NCBI GenBank assembly: GCA_902490095.1
Contig: CABUCQ010000001.1
Coordinates: 1-51,633, forward strand
Origin: an uncultured Collinsella sp.
GTDB lineage: Bacteria > Actinomycetota > Coriobacteriia > Coriobacteriales > Coriobacteriaceae
Direction: 5' to 3'
DNA length: 51,633 nt
Below, piece after piece: positions 8,975 to 18,247 of this stretch (position 1 is the stretch's first letter; the number at the start of each line of letters is the position of its first letter). The translations under genes and the position numbers were made by a program. Below the pieces are notes generated by a model. The model saw only the letters and a program-made list of their open reading frames with translations. It was not told the DNA's origin and did not search any database.

Positions 8975-10678
8975 TTAGCCCAGCAGGCTTAAGCCCACGG
9001 AGACAAACGCCAGGATAACGCCGACGATGGACTCGCCGCCGAGCAGGCCGCTGGCAACGACCAGACCCTGTTCCTGGAAGGCGGCGTCCTTGGCAGCTCT
9101 CTCCTCGTCGGAAAGACCAGCGGTGGCGTCGCGGTGGGCGGACCACTTGTCGTAGGCGAGCTTGACGCAGGAGCCCAGGAATGCCGTGAGTGACATGTAG
9201 AACGGCAGGTACACGCCCAGGCCGATCATCATGGCCGGAATGCCGAGCCAGTACATGACGATGCCGGCGATAAAGCCGCCAACGAACCACGGCACGCTCG
9301 GGATGCCCGAGACCATGGTGGCGACGACGCTTGCCTGCGCGGCAACAAAGCTCTTGTCGGGGCCAAAGGCGTCCGGGCCATAGGCGGTGACGAGCGCGAC
9401 CATGACGGCTGCGGCGACCAGGGCGCCCACGATGCCGCCGATGGCTTGGCCGATCCATTGCGCACGCGGGTTGGTGCCCAGCACGGCGCCGGCCTTAAAG
9501 TCGTTCATGACGTCGCCCGCAAGGCCGCACGCCACGGCAACGATGCCGGCGATAAAGAACAGCTTGACCTGAGCGATCTGTGCGAAGGCAGCCACGATGA
9601 GCATAACGATGAGGCCAAAGATTTCCATGGGGTCGATACCCGTCTGGCCGCAGCTCTGCGCGCTCATGATGGTGGTGACAAAGGTGAACAACGTGACGAT
9701 GACGGCCGGAACGGGGCCAAGGTCGAGCGCGATGGCAACGATTACGGCGATGGCGGCAGCGCCCAGGCCGATGATGCCGGCGTCGAGCTTAAGAGAGCCC
9801 GAGATAAGCGACTGCTCGTCGGTGTCGGTGGAGCTGTCGGCGGCAAGACCGCGGACGATACCGGCGACCTGCGGCAGGATGTCCTTGAGGACGACGGCGA
9901 CGCCAAAGCCCATCATAAGACCCATACCGAGGGATTTGACGATACCCTGCGCGGTCACAATATCGAACAGGCCAGCAGCGGTGCCGCCAACGATGATGCC
10001 AAAGTTGCCCAGCAGCGCGCCGGCAAACCAGAAGGCGACGGGGGCGAAGCCCACGAGGAAGCCGATGGACAGCAGCATGGGCGAGTTGTAGATGGCAAAG
10101 GTCACGCCGGGGATATTGAGCGTGCACAGCATACTGGGCACCACGCCCAGGGCGTCGCGCAGCACGCTGTAGATGCCTGCGATGGCCATGGAGCCAAAGA
10201 GCTGCTTACCGGTCTTGCCGCCGGCCTCGGTAGCACGTAGAGTCTGGGCAGCGGCGTTGCCGGTGGGGAACTCCAGCGCGGCGTCCACGATAAAGTGACG
10301 GTGGATGAGCGCTGTCGCTAGAAGGCCCAAGATGGTGCCGGCGAGCGCCACGATAAACATGTCGAGCCAGCTGATCTGGTCGGCATAGCCCAACATCCAG
10401 GCGCCCGGGATGGTAAACGCCAGGCCGCCGGCGACCATGGCGCCCGCAGACATGATGGTGTGGGTGACGTTGGCCTCGTTGAGGCTGGCGTTGCCCATGA
10501 GCTTAAGGAAGAACAGCGAAATGACGGCAGCGAAAATGATCGGCCAGGGGAGGGCGCCCATCTTGAGGGCGGTATAGGCCGAGCTTGCCGTGATGATCAC
10601 GCAGCCAAGGGCGCCGATGACGACGCCGCGCAGCGTGAGTTGACCGCGCATCGAGGTGCGGTTCGAGGGATTGCTCAT
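8975..10678 (-). CDS. OPT/YSL-family oligopeptide transporter
   Basis: QLTLRGVVIG, YTALKMG, NEANVTHTIMSAG, LEFPTG, DFKAG..LGTNPRAQ and ASGLLGGES motifs; AAGGAG RBS. Confidence 0.9.
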   Translation of the reverse strand: MSNPSNRTSMRGQLTLRGVVIGALGCVIITASSAYTALKMGALPWPIIFAAVISLFFLKLMGNASLNEANVTHTIMSAGAMVAGGLAFTIPGAWMLGYADQISWLDMFIVALAGTILGLLATALIHRHFIVDAALEFPTGNAAAQTLRATEAGGKTGKQLFGSMAIAGIYSVLRDALGVVPSMLCTLNIPGVTFAIYNSPMLLSIGFLVGFAPVAFWFAGALLGNFGIIVGGTAAGLFDIVTAQGIVKSLGMGLMMGFGVAVVLKDILPQVAGIVRGLAADSSTDTDEQSLISGSLKLDAGIIGLGAAAIAVIVAIALDLGPVPAVIVTLFTFVTTIMSAQSCGQTGIDPMEIFGLIVMLIVAAFAQIAQVKLFFIAGIVAVACGLAGDVMNDFKAGAVLGTNPRAQWIGQAIGGIVGALVAAAVMVALVTAYGPDAFGPDKSFVAAQASVVATMVSGIPSVPWFVGGFIAGIVMYWLGIPAMMIGLGVYLPFYMSLTAFLGSCVKLAYDKWSAHRDATAGLSDEERAAKDAAFQEQGLVVASGLLGGESIVGVILAFVSVGLSLLG

Positions 10679-10800
10679 ATAGAACTCCTTTGCGTATATC
10701 CGCTTCCCCCGGGAGCGCCGCTACGGATACGGCGCGGGAAGTCGGGTTACCAAGGGCCGCCGCGTGAGCTCGCAAACGACCGCGCACCAGTATAGCGGCA

Positions 10801-10927
10801 AGGTAGTCATTTTGGGACGGGGCTATTTTAGCTACCCTTTGACAGTCGACGAATTATTTGGGATTGGGGCAAATATCAACCGACATATTGGGGTAGCTAA
10901 AATAGCCCCGTCCCAAAATGACTACCT
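10801..10927. repeat. REPIN/MITE-like element with perfect 37-bp inverted arms
   Basis: AGGTAGTCATTTTGGGACGGGGCTATTTTAGCTACCC (10801-10837) is the exact reverse complement of 10891-10927. Confidence 0.9.
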
Positions 10928-10984
10928 GGGATGGCTGGTTCGGGTAGGCGATATACTGCTGGGCAGATGAAAGGAGCGCCGACG

Positions 10985-11836
10985 ATGCTTAATGGGTGCG
11001 CATATATATTGACGGTCGACGTGGGCAACACGTCCATTCGCTTTGGCCTGTTTGCCGAGGATTCGGCCGCGGCACAGGAATGTCCGCTTGCGACGTGCGA
11101 GATCACGACGCCGTCGAGCACCACAGCCGACGAGGCGCGCATGCGTCTCGTGCAGGTCATGGCTGCACTGGCGGCCGATGCGGGCATGCCGGGCGCGCTT
11201 GTGCCCGCGGCTGCTGTGCTGAGCTGCGTGGTCCCGGCGCTCGAGCGCCCGTGGAAAGCGGCGCTTTCCCGCACCTGCACGGGGCGCGTGCTCACGGTGG
11301 GGCCGGGACTTAAGACCGGCATGCCCGTGCACTACGACGATCCGGCCGAGATTGGTCCCGACCGCATCGCCGACGCCGTGGCGGCCCGTGCCGTCTACGG
11401 CTCTCCGTGCATCGTGATTGACCTGGGCACCACGACCAATATCGAGGTCATCGACGCGCGCGGTACCTTTGTGGGCGGCGTCATCGCGCCGGGTCTGGCG
11501 CTTGGCGCCCGTTCGCTTTCGGCGGCCGCGGCGCGTTTGCCTCAGGTCGAGCCCTCGGCGCCCACGCATGTGATCGGCCGCAACACGCGCGAGGCTATGC
11601 GCTCGGGCGTGGTCTTGGGCGAGGTGGCCCGCATCGACGGCATGCTCGACATGGTGCTCGCCGAGATGCGCGCGACCAAGGCCGCGGGGGAGGGCGACGT
11701 GCCCATCGTCATTACCGGCGACGATGCCGAGGCACTTGCTTCGCTGGTCGGTCATAGTCTGACGGTCGACGACGCGCTGACGTTGCGGGGTCTCGCCGAG
11801 CTCTACCGTATCAACCAAAAGCCCCGCCGCGTGTAA
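10985..11836 (+). CDS. coaX: Type III pantothenate kinase
   Basis: LTVDVGNT, SCVVP, IGPDRIAD, VIDLGTTT, GGVIAPG and ITGDDA motifs; AAGGAG RBS before the ATG at 10985. Confidence 0.9.
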   Translation: MLNGCAYILTVDVGNTSIRFGLFAEDSAAAQECPLATCEITTPSSTTADEARMRLVQVMAALAADAGMPGALVPAAAVLSCVVPALERPWKAALSRTCTGRVLTVGPGLKTGMPVHYDDPAEIGPDRIADAVAARAVYGSPCIVIDLGTTTNIEVIDARGTFVGGVIAPGLALGARSLSAAAARLPQVEPSAPTHVIGRNTREAMRSGVVLGEVARIDGMLDMVLAEMRATKAAGEGDVPIVITGDDAEALASLVGHSLTVDDALTLRGLAELYRINQKPRRV

Positions 11837-11920
11837 AGGTGAGGGCGCCGGTGGGACAAACGCCCCCACCTTTCACCTGCTACAATGGGTCAAACTATTG
11901 CGATTACGGAGGTGTCTGCC

Positions 11921-12445
11921 ATGTCGGACGATCTTCATCAAACTTCGTCAGGCAAGCGCCTGGACGTCATTAGCTGGGACGAGTTCTTTATGAGCGTGGC
12001 CATCGCCGCGCAGCGCCGCAGCAAGGACCCCAACACACAGGTGGGTGCGTGCATCGCCAACACCAACCACCGCATCCTTTCGGTGGGCTACAACGGTACG
12101 CCCTCGGCGCTCAACGACGACTTTTTCCCGTGGGGTACGAGCGACGACCCGCTGCAGGACAAGCACAACTACGTGGTCCATGCCGAGGCCAACGCCGTGC
12201 TCAACTACCGTGGCTCGCTCAAGGACCTCGAGGGTTCCACGGTCTACGTCACGCTGTTCCCGTGCCACGACTGCGCCAAGATTTTGGCGCAGGTGGGCGT
12301 GGGCGAGGTTGTCTACCTGGACAACAAGTACGCCGACACCGATGATGGACGCATCAGCCGCCGCATCCTCGACTCCTGTGGCATCAGCTACCGCCAGGTT
12401 ATCGTCGATGTTCATATCGGCACCGAGGGGCAGGCTCAGCAGTAG
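11921..12445 (+). CDS. dCMP deaminase family protein
   Basis: SWDEFFM, RSKDPNTQVGA, GYNG, HAEANA and PCHDC zinc motifs; GGAGG RBS. Confidence 0.92.
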   Translation: MSDDLHQTSSGKRLDVISWDEFFMSVAIAAQRRSKDPNTQVGACIANTNHRILSVGYNGTPSALNDDFFPWGTSDDPLQDKHNYVVHAEANAVLNYRGSLKDLEGSTVYVTLFPCHDCAKILAQVGVGEVVYLDNKYADTDDGRISRRILDSCGISYRQVIVDVHIGTEGQAQQ

Positions 12446-12472
12446 CGCGTGTCAATGCCAGCTGGCGGCAAA

Positions 12473-12505
12473 ACAGCCAAAAGAGACCCGTCCCAAATTG
12501 ACTAC
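12473..12505 (-). repeat. REP-like hairpin (GGGACGGG loop family)
   Basis: Reverse complement reads GTAGTCAATTTGGGACGGGTCTCTTTTGGCTGT, similar to the copies at 10801 and 46060. Confidence 0.75.
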
Positions 12506-12615
12506 TCGTGAAAGTCGCGTCTGCGCGCATGGACGGCTCGTGAGCGGGTACATGGCTGTAGTAACATAGCTTCTGTCCGCGGGCACGCCCGCGTTATTGT
12601 GAGAAAGGAGCCCCT

Positions 12616-12894
12616 GTGGCTGTTAACGAAGAGCTGCTTAAGAAGGTTCTTGAAGAGATTCGTCCCAACCTGCAGGCCGATGGCGGCGATATGGAGTATG
12701 TGGGCGTCGACGACGAGGGCGTCGTCAAGCTGGAGCTGCAGGGCGCCTGCGCCGGCTGCCCCATGAGCTCGCTGACCTTGTCTATGGGCATCGAGCGTAT
12801 CCTGAAGGAGCACGTGCCCGGCGTTACCCGTGTCGAGCAGGTCAATGCCTCCGGCGAGACCGACGACCTGTACGACGAGTACGCGCCGTTCTAA
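12616..12894 (+). CDS. NifU/Nfu-family Fe-S carrier
   Basis: IRPNLQADGGD and GACAGCP (CxxC); AAGGAG RBS. Confidence 0.92.
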   Translation: MAVNEELLKKVLEEIRPNLQADGGDMEYVGVDDEGVVKLELQGACAGCPMSSLTLSMGIERILKEHVPGVTRVEQVNASGETDDLYDEYAPF

Positions 12895-13003
12895 GATGCG
12901 AAAGCTGCGGACGGTACGCTCCGCATAGACGTTACGCCCAAATATGCGGCTGCGAGCGTAAGGCCCGCGGCCGCATTTGTATGTAGGGAGTAGGAGGGTC
13001 GAC

Positions 13004-13825
13004 ATGCTCAACGACTTCTACCATATGCTTGATCCCGTCGCGATTTCGGCGGGGCCTATCACGATTTACTGGTATGGTCTGGCCTATGTGGTCGGCGCCC
13101 TGCTCACGGCGGTTGTCATGTACCGCACACAGCGTCGCTGGGGCTTTAACATCACGATTGATGACCTGACGAGTGTCGTGGTCGGCGTGGTCTTTGGCCT
13201 CATTATCGGTGCGCGCCTGTTCTACGTCGTCTTTTACGGTGATGGCTACTACTGGGCGCACCCGCTCGAGATCTTTGCCACCAACGAGGGCGGCATGAGC
13301 TTCCATGGCGGCCTGGTGGGCGGCATTATCGGCGGCATCATCGTGTGCCGCATGTATAAGCTCGACGCATGGACTTTGGCAGACCTTGCCGTCATAGGCG
13401 CGCCGCTGGCCTTGTGCCTGGGCCGTTGTGCCAACTTTGTCAACGGAGAGCTGTGGGGCAAGCCGACCGATCTGCCCTGGGGTGTGGTTTTTGGCGGGAC
13501 TGCGGGCGATATGCCGCGTCACCCCTCCCAGCTCTACGAGGCATTTCTTGAGGGCATCGTGCTCTTTTGCATTCTGCAGGTGCTCAGCCGCAAAAAGCCG
13601 CTGCTGCCCCAGGGTACGTTTATGGGCGTGTTCGTGATGGGGTACGGCATCGTCCGCTTTCTCGTTGAGTTCGTGCGCGTGCCCGATGCCCAGCTGGGTT
13701 ATCTGCTGGGAGGCGTCATCACCATGGGCCAGCTGCTGAGTCTGCCGCTCGTGATCGCCGGCCTGGCGCTCATCATATTCGCCCGACACCGCAATCGCCC
13801 CCAGCGCATCTACCTCGACGCCTAA
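13004..13825 (+). CDS. lgt: Prolipoprotein diacylglyceryl transferase
   Basis: WYG, GARLFYV, GGMSFHGG, GRCANFVNGELWG and RHPSQLYE motifs. Confidence 0.95.
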   Translation: MLNDFYHMLDPVAISAGPITIYWYGLAYVVGALLTAVVMYRTQRRWGFNITIDDLTSVVVGVVFGLIIGARLFYVVFYGDGYYWAHPLEIFATNEGGMSFHGGLVGGIIGGIIVCRMYKLDAWTLADLAVIGAPLALCLGRCANFVNGELWGKPTDLPWGVVFGGTAGDMPRHPSQLYEAFLEGIVLFCILQVLSRKKPLLPQGTFMGVFVMGYGIVRFLVEFVRVPDAQLGYLLGGVITMGQLLSLPLVIAGLALIIFARHRNRPQRIYLDA

Positions 13826-13830
13826 CCAAG

Positions 13831-13946
13831 ACCACCACAAAGGGGACAGGCACCTTTGTGGTGGTTTGCTGGGCAACGATGACAGAACAGCAACGTTTCC
13901 CCAGATAAAACCTGCCAAAATAAACCTGTCCCTTTTTGGCAGGTTT
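13831..13946. repeat. Two facing REP-like hairpins (GGGACAGG loop) with different stems
   Basis: ACCACCACAAAGG-GGACAGGCA-CCTTTGTGGTGGT (13831-13865, +) and AAACCTGCCAAAA-TAAACCTGTCCC-TTTTTGGCAGGTTT (13908-13946, -). Confidence 0.8.
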
Positions 13947-13966
13947 CTAGAAAGGCTCTTTGGACT

Positions 13967-16150
13967 GTGAAGGATTCCGATCTCTCCACAACGGCTGCGC
14001 GCGACGCTGCCCGCATTGTCTGGTTTAAGCGCTACCCCGCCAAGCAGACGCTCATTGCATTTTTGCTCGCGCTGTTGGCGACCACGGCGTTTTCCATCGA
14101 TCCCGCCCCGGTGTCGAGCAACGCAGTCTTGGCGATTGACCCCAAAGCCTCGGGCATGCTGTACGTGTGCTACGAGGTGCTCCTCTCGTTTGCCGGCCAT
14201 ACCGACGCGGTCATGCTGCTTGCACTTGCCTGTCTGCTCACCTTGCCGTTTCGCTACGTGTTCTTTGGCCGTGGCGACACCTGGCGTCCATCGATCATTC
14301 TGCCGTCGCTGTTCTTCGCCATCTGCATGGTGTTCGGCCGCAGCTACGATCTCACCGACTCGGCCGAGATTGTCCTTGGCGACAAAGCCCGCATCATCTG
14401 CGCCTGGATTGGCGGCGCGGGCTGGATGCTCTTGGCGGTCGTTGCCTTCTACCTTGCCTTTGAGTGTCTAGATTGGCTGAGCTCTCGACGCATTCCGTTT
14501 TCGGAAGCGCACTTTGGCCGCGTATGGCGTGTGACTCACGCCGTGCTCTCGGTCCATCCCTTTGCCGGGCCCTTCCTGGTGCTTATGATCGCCTGGGCGC
14601 CCACGCTCGTCGCTTCGCTGCCTGGCCTTTTTATGGGAGATACGGGCGCGCAGATTCGCCAGTGGTTCAACTATCCCAACGGCACGAGCGACTATCTGCG
14701 CCTACTCAACCCCAACGTGCTGCTCAACGGGCATCATCCTGTAGTGCACACGGCCATTATCGGCTCGTGCGTTCAGCTGGGGCTTTCGCTGTTCAACAGC
14801 GCTAACGCGGGCCTCATCATCTATACCTGCGCTCAATTTGTCATCACGGCTGCCTGCATGGCCTATTCCATTTCGTCGCTGCGCAAACTGGGCGTGAGCC
14901 TGCCGGTTCGCGGTGCGATCCTGCTGTTCTTTGCGTTTATGCCGATGTTCTCTAACTACGCGGCGCTGCTCACCAAAGACGTGCTCTTTGCCGACGCGTT
15001 TTTGGTGCTGCTGGTACAGACCGTCAAGCTCGTGGCATGTGGCTTGCCCCGTCGTGATGCCAATGTCGAGCGAGCGGACGAGAAGGCCCCCGTGCTCTTT
15101 GCGCGCCACGACTGGCTGCTGCTCGCTCTGGGCGCCATGGGTTCCACGTTTCTGCGCAACGGCGGCCTGGTGTTTCCGCTGGCGGCATGCGTAATCGCGG
15201 CGGCGTTTTGCGTATGGGACGTGCATGTGGCTCGTCGTGCAGCCAAGCAGACTGGTGCTGCGCCTTCGGGCGCCATCCCGCGTTTTCGCTGGGTTGGCGT
15301 TCTCGCGGTGCTCGCGCTCTGCCTTGCCTCTAATATGTACTTCACCAAGGTCTTTATGCCGGCGCACGACATCACGCCTGGTTCCAAGCGCGAAATCCTT
15401 TCGATTCCGTTTCAGCAGACAGCTCGTTTCGTCCAAAAGCACGACGGCCTCAACTCGGGCGTCAACCCTACGGTTAAGGAGGACGGCACCATCGTGGAGG
15501 CTCCTTGCGACGGCTTGGTGACCGATGAGGAGCGCGCCGTGATCGACCGGGTGCTCAAGTACGAGAACCTGGGCCGCCGCTACAACCCCGACAAGTCCGA
15601 TGCCGTCAAGAACTGCTTTAACGAGTACGCCTCGCAGGAGGACATTGATGCCTATTTTGAGGTATGGGCCCAGATGTTTAAGAAGGATCCCGAGTGCTAT
15701 ATTTCGGCGCTTATCAATAACTACTATGGTTATTTTTATCCGAGCGCGCGCGATGCCTGGATCTACAGCACGGCGCGTAGTGCCGAGATCATGGCGCGTC
15801 CCGACAACCTCAAGTACTTCGACTTCCATCCGGTCGATAGCAAGGTTGTGCGCTGGTGCGACCACCTGATCAACCTGTATCGCGTGGCAGTACAACGCAT
15901 CCCGTTTATTTCGCTCACCATGAGCTCGGCCACCTATGTGTGGATCATGATCGCCGTGGTGGTCTATCTGCTGCGTCGCCATTCATGGCGTGCGCTGGCG
16001 ATCTGGGTGCCGCTGTTGGGCGTGCTCGCCGTGTGCCTGATTGGCCCGTGCAACGGCTCAACCTACATGCGCTACCTGTATCCGGTCATCGCCTGCATGC
16101 CCTTCGCCATCGGCGCCACCGTCACCCGCAGCGACTTCCTCTGGTCCTAA
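13967..16150 (+). CDS. DUF6020-like polytopic membrane protein (putative GT-C-type envelope glycosyltransferase/modifier)
   Basis: PG..MGDT..Q, NGHHPVVHT, KDVLF, LRNGG, SIPFQQTAR, YNPDKSDAVK and MRYLYP motifs; many TM segments. Confidence 0.75.
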   Translation: MKDSDLSTTAARDAARIVWFKRYPAKQTLIAFLLALLATTAFSIDPAPVSSNAVLAIDPKASGMLYVCYEVLLSFAGHTDAVMLLALACLLTLPFRYVFFGRGDTWRPSIILPSLFFAICMVFGRSYDLTDSAEIVLGDKARIICAWIGGAGWMLLAVVAFYLAFECLDWLSSRRIPFSEAHFGRVWRVTHAVLSVHPFAGPFLVLMIAWAPTLVASLPGLFMGDTGAQIRQWFNYPNGTSDYLRLLNPNVLLNGHHPVVHTAIIGSCVQLGLSLFNSANAGLIIYTCAQFVITAACMAYSISSLRKLGVSLPVRGAILLFFAFMPMFSNYAALLTKDVLFADAFLVLLVQTVKLVACGLPRRDANVERADEKAPVLFARHDWLLLALGAMGSTFLRNGGLVFPLAACVIAAAFCVWDVHVARRAAKQTGAAPSGAIPRFRWVGVLAVLALCLASNMYFTKVFMPAHDITPGSKREILSIPFQQTARFVQKHDGLNSGVNPTVKEDGTIVEAPCDGLVTDEERAVIDRVLKYENLGRRYNPDKSDAVKNCFNEYASQEDIDAYFEVWAQMFKKDPECYISALINNYYGYFYPSARDAWIYSTARSAEIMARPDNLKYFDFHPVDSKVVRWCDHLINLYRVAVQRIPFISLTMSSATYVWIMIAVVVYLLRRHSWRALAIWVPLLGVLAVCLIGPCNGSTYMRYLYPVIACMPFAIGATVTRSDFLWS

Positions 16151-16151
16151 C

Positions 16152-16184
16152 TTGGTGCATTGGGGTCAGGTTTCTTTGCACCAA
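16152..16184 (+). repeat. REP-like hairpin variant (GGGGTCAGG loop)
   Basis: TTGGTGCA-TTGGGGTCAGGTTTCTT-TGCACCAA directly after the stop codon. Confidence 0.55.
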
Positions 16185-16314
16185 AGGGGACATCATCACG
16201 ACGCCTTCATTTTGGGGTTTATCTCGCAGGCCAGTAGGTATATCATAACGACGTTTGTTTATATTGCCCGAGCATCTGCGCTGGGCTTTAGGTCGAAACC
16301 GATAGGAGACACGT

Positions 16315-17121
16315 ATGTCCGGACACTCTAAGTGGGCCACAACCAAGCATCGTAAGGGCGCGCAGGACGCCAAGCGTTCCGCCCTCTTCTCCAAGCTCAG
16401 CCGCAACATCACCGTTGCTGCCCGTCTCGGCGGTGACCCGCTGCCCGAGAACAACGCCAGCCTCGCCGCTGCCGTTGCCAAGGCCAAGGCTCAGTCCATG
16501 CCTAAGGACAAGATCAAGTCCGCTATCGACAAGGCTTTTGGCTCGGGTGCTGACGCCGCCGTCTACGAGAACATCGTGTACGAGGGCTACGGTCCCGCCG
16601 GTGTCGCCGTCTACGTCGACTGCCTGACCGACAACCGCAACCGTACCGCCGCTGATGTCCGTTCCGCCTTCTCCCACGCTGGTGGCAACCTGGGCACCTC
16701 CGGCTCCGTCGCCTTCCAGTTTGAGCGCAAGGGCCAGATCGTTGTTGCCAAGGAGATCCTGGACGAGAACGCCAAGAAGGAGACCATGATCGCCAACGGT
16801 GCTGCCGGTGACGAGGATGAGTTCATGATGGCCATCGCCGAGGCCGGTGGCGAGGACTACGAGGATGCCGGCGAGGAGTGGATCGTCTGGACTACTGCTA
16901 ACGAGGTCATGGCTGTCTCCAAGGCGCTCGAGGAGCAGGGCGTCCAGGTCAAGGGCTCCGAGACCACCATGGTCCCGACCACCCCGACCGAGGTCTCCGG
17001 CGCCGACGCCAAGAAGGTTCAGCGCCTCATCGACCGTCTTGAGGAGCTCGACGACGTCCAGGATGTTTACAGCACCATGGACATGACCGACGAGGTCATC
17101 GCTGCCCTCGAGGAGGAGTAG
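16315..17121 (+). CDS. yebC: YebC/PmpR-family protein
   Basis: MSGHSKWATTKHRK, YEGYGP and TDNRNRT motifs. Confidence 0.97.
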   Translation: MSGHSKWATTKHRKGAQDAKRSALFSKLSRNITVAARLGGDPLPENNASLAAAVAKAKAQSMPKDKIKSAIDKAFGSGADAAVYENIVYEGYGPAGVAVYVDCLTDNRNRTAADVRSAFSHAGGNLGTSGSVAFQFERKGQIVVAKEILDENAKKETMIANGAAGDEDEFMMAIAEAGGEDYEDAGEEWIVWTTANEVMAVSKALEEQGVQVKGSETTMVPTTPTEVSGADAKKVQRLIDRLEELDDVQDVYSTMDMTDEVIAALEEE

Positions 17122-17190
17122 CGCCCGCACGGGTTAAGCCGTGCATATCTGGGCATAATGAAGCGAGCATGCAAGCCTCGTGGAATAGAT

Positions 17191-17233
17191 GAGCCGGATC
17201 CGCGTGCGTAGAGCACCGGACCCGGCTCTTTTA
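17191..17233 (+). terminator. Intrinsic terminator
   Basis: GAGCCGGATCCG...CGGATCCCGGCTC followed by TTTT. Confidence 0.65.
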
Positions 17234-17287
17234 TAATGATGCGAACCGTTTTGTATTTCGAGTGCCGAGATTTGAAGGGAGCGCCAC

Positions 17288-17833
17288 GTGCGCGTACTCA
17301 AACGAGCCCTAGCGATTGTGTATCTTGCCGCCGCCATCGTGGCGCTGGGTACGCTTGTCTGCCAGTTTTGGGGGCCGTATACGTATCGCTTTATGCTGCT
17401 GATGCGCGACCCCATGCCGCGCATTGTCGTGACGGCATGCGGCGGAGTTGTGGCGATCGGCGTGCTGGTAAGCTTCTTCCGCCTGATGTTTGCTCGTCGC
17501 GAGCCGTCCTGTGTGCATCCGGCGGGGGAGCGCAATATCGAGGTCACGCTCGCGGCGCTTTCTTCGTGCGCTCGCACTGCGGCAGAGCGCGACGATCGCG
17601 TGATGGTCGAGCATGTCGAGGCCCGCGTCCAAGGCTCCGACGATTCGCACGTCCGATTTAAGGTCGAGGCTATCGCGCTTGACGATAAGGACGTGGCATC
17701 TCTGGCTACTGCGATGCAGCGGCGCATCGAGGAAGCTTGCGACACCATGCTTGGCACGCCGGGCACGACCGCACGCGTTCGTTTTTTGCCGTCCAAGACT
17801 ACCGTCCAGACCGTGGAGGTTTCCGGTGAGTGA
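17288..17833 (+). CDS. amaP: Alkaline shock response membrane anchor AmaP-like protein
   Basis: Two N-terminal TM helices plus an Asp23-like domain; first gene of the amaP-DUF2273-asp23 arrangement. Confidence 0.7.
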   Translation: MRVLKRALAIVYLAAAIVALGTLVCQFWGPYTYRFMLLMRDPMPRIVVTACGGVVAIGVLVSFFRLMFARREPSCVHPAGERNIEVTLAALSSCARTAAERDDRVMVEHVEARVQGSDDSHVRFKVEAIALDDKDVASLATAMQRRIEEACDTMLGTPGTTARVRFLPSKTTVQTVEVSGE

Positions 17834-18203
17834 TACCAATCAAGACAAGACCGCTCGTACGCCGCGCCTGACGATTGACCAGAGCGCCACGCCGGCGAAC
17901 GAACCTGTTGATTCCAAAGCAGAGGCAACCGAGTTACAAGACGCGGCAGCCGCGGATTTTGACGAGGCTATGGGTCTCATCAAGGGTACGGGCGCTGCCA
18001 TCTGGAGCTATGCCGTGCGTCATCCCAACACCACGCTTGGCGCCGTCGCTGGCTTTATCCTCGCCGTGTTGGTGCTCACGTTGGGCCTGTGGGACACGCT
18101 CGTCATTGCATTCTTCGTGCTGATCGGCGCCGTGATCGGCCAAATTCGCGACGGCGAAAACGGGATCGTCAACTTCTTCGGCCGTCTGTTTAGCGGCCGC
18201 TAA
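17826..18203 (+). CDS. DUF2273 small membrane protein
   Basis: HP..TLGAVAGFILAVLVLTLGLWDTL..IG..IG..RDG pattern; GTG start after GGAGG, overlapping the amaP stop. Confidence 0.8.
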   Translation: MSDTNQDKTARTPRLTIDQSATPANEPVDSKAEATELQDAAAADFDEAMGLIKGTGAAIWSYAVRHPNTTLGAVAGFILAVLVLTLGLWDTLVIAFFVLIGAVIGQIRDGENGIVNFFGRLFSGR

Positions 18204-18247
18204 TATGTATTCGACTGTCGCATCCGCGGCAGGCATAAGGAGGAACC

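Noticed and set aside
10679..10760. preQ1-II riboswitch (CTTGGT...GCGGATA..CGCAAAGGAG resemblance on the minus strand)
   Set aside because: The complementary ACCAAG strand and the pseudoknot pyrimidine tract are missing; kept only as an unassigned structured leader.
11835..11873. Hairpin after coaX with GGGACA in its loop
   Set aside because: Core is incomplete (GGGACAAA) and it looks like an ordinary terminator; not counted in the repeat family.
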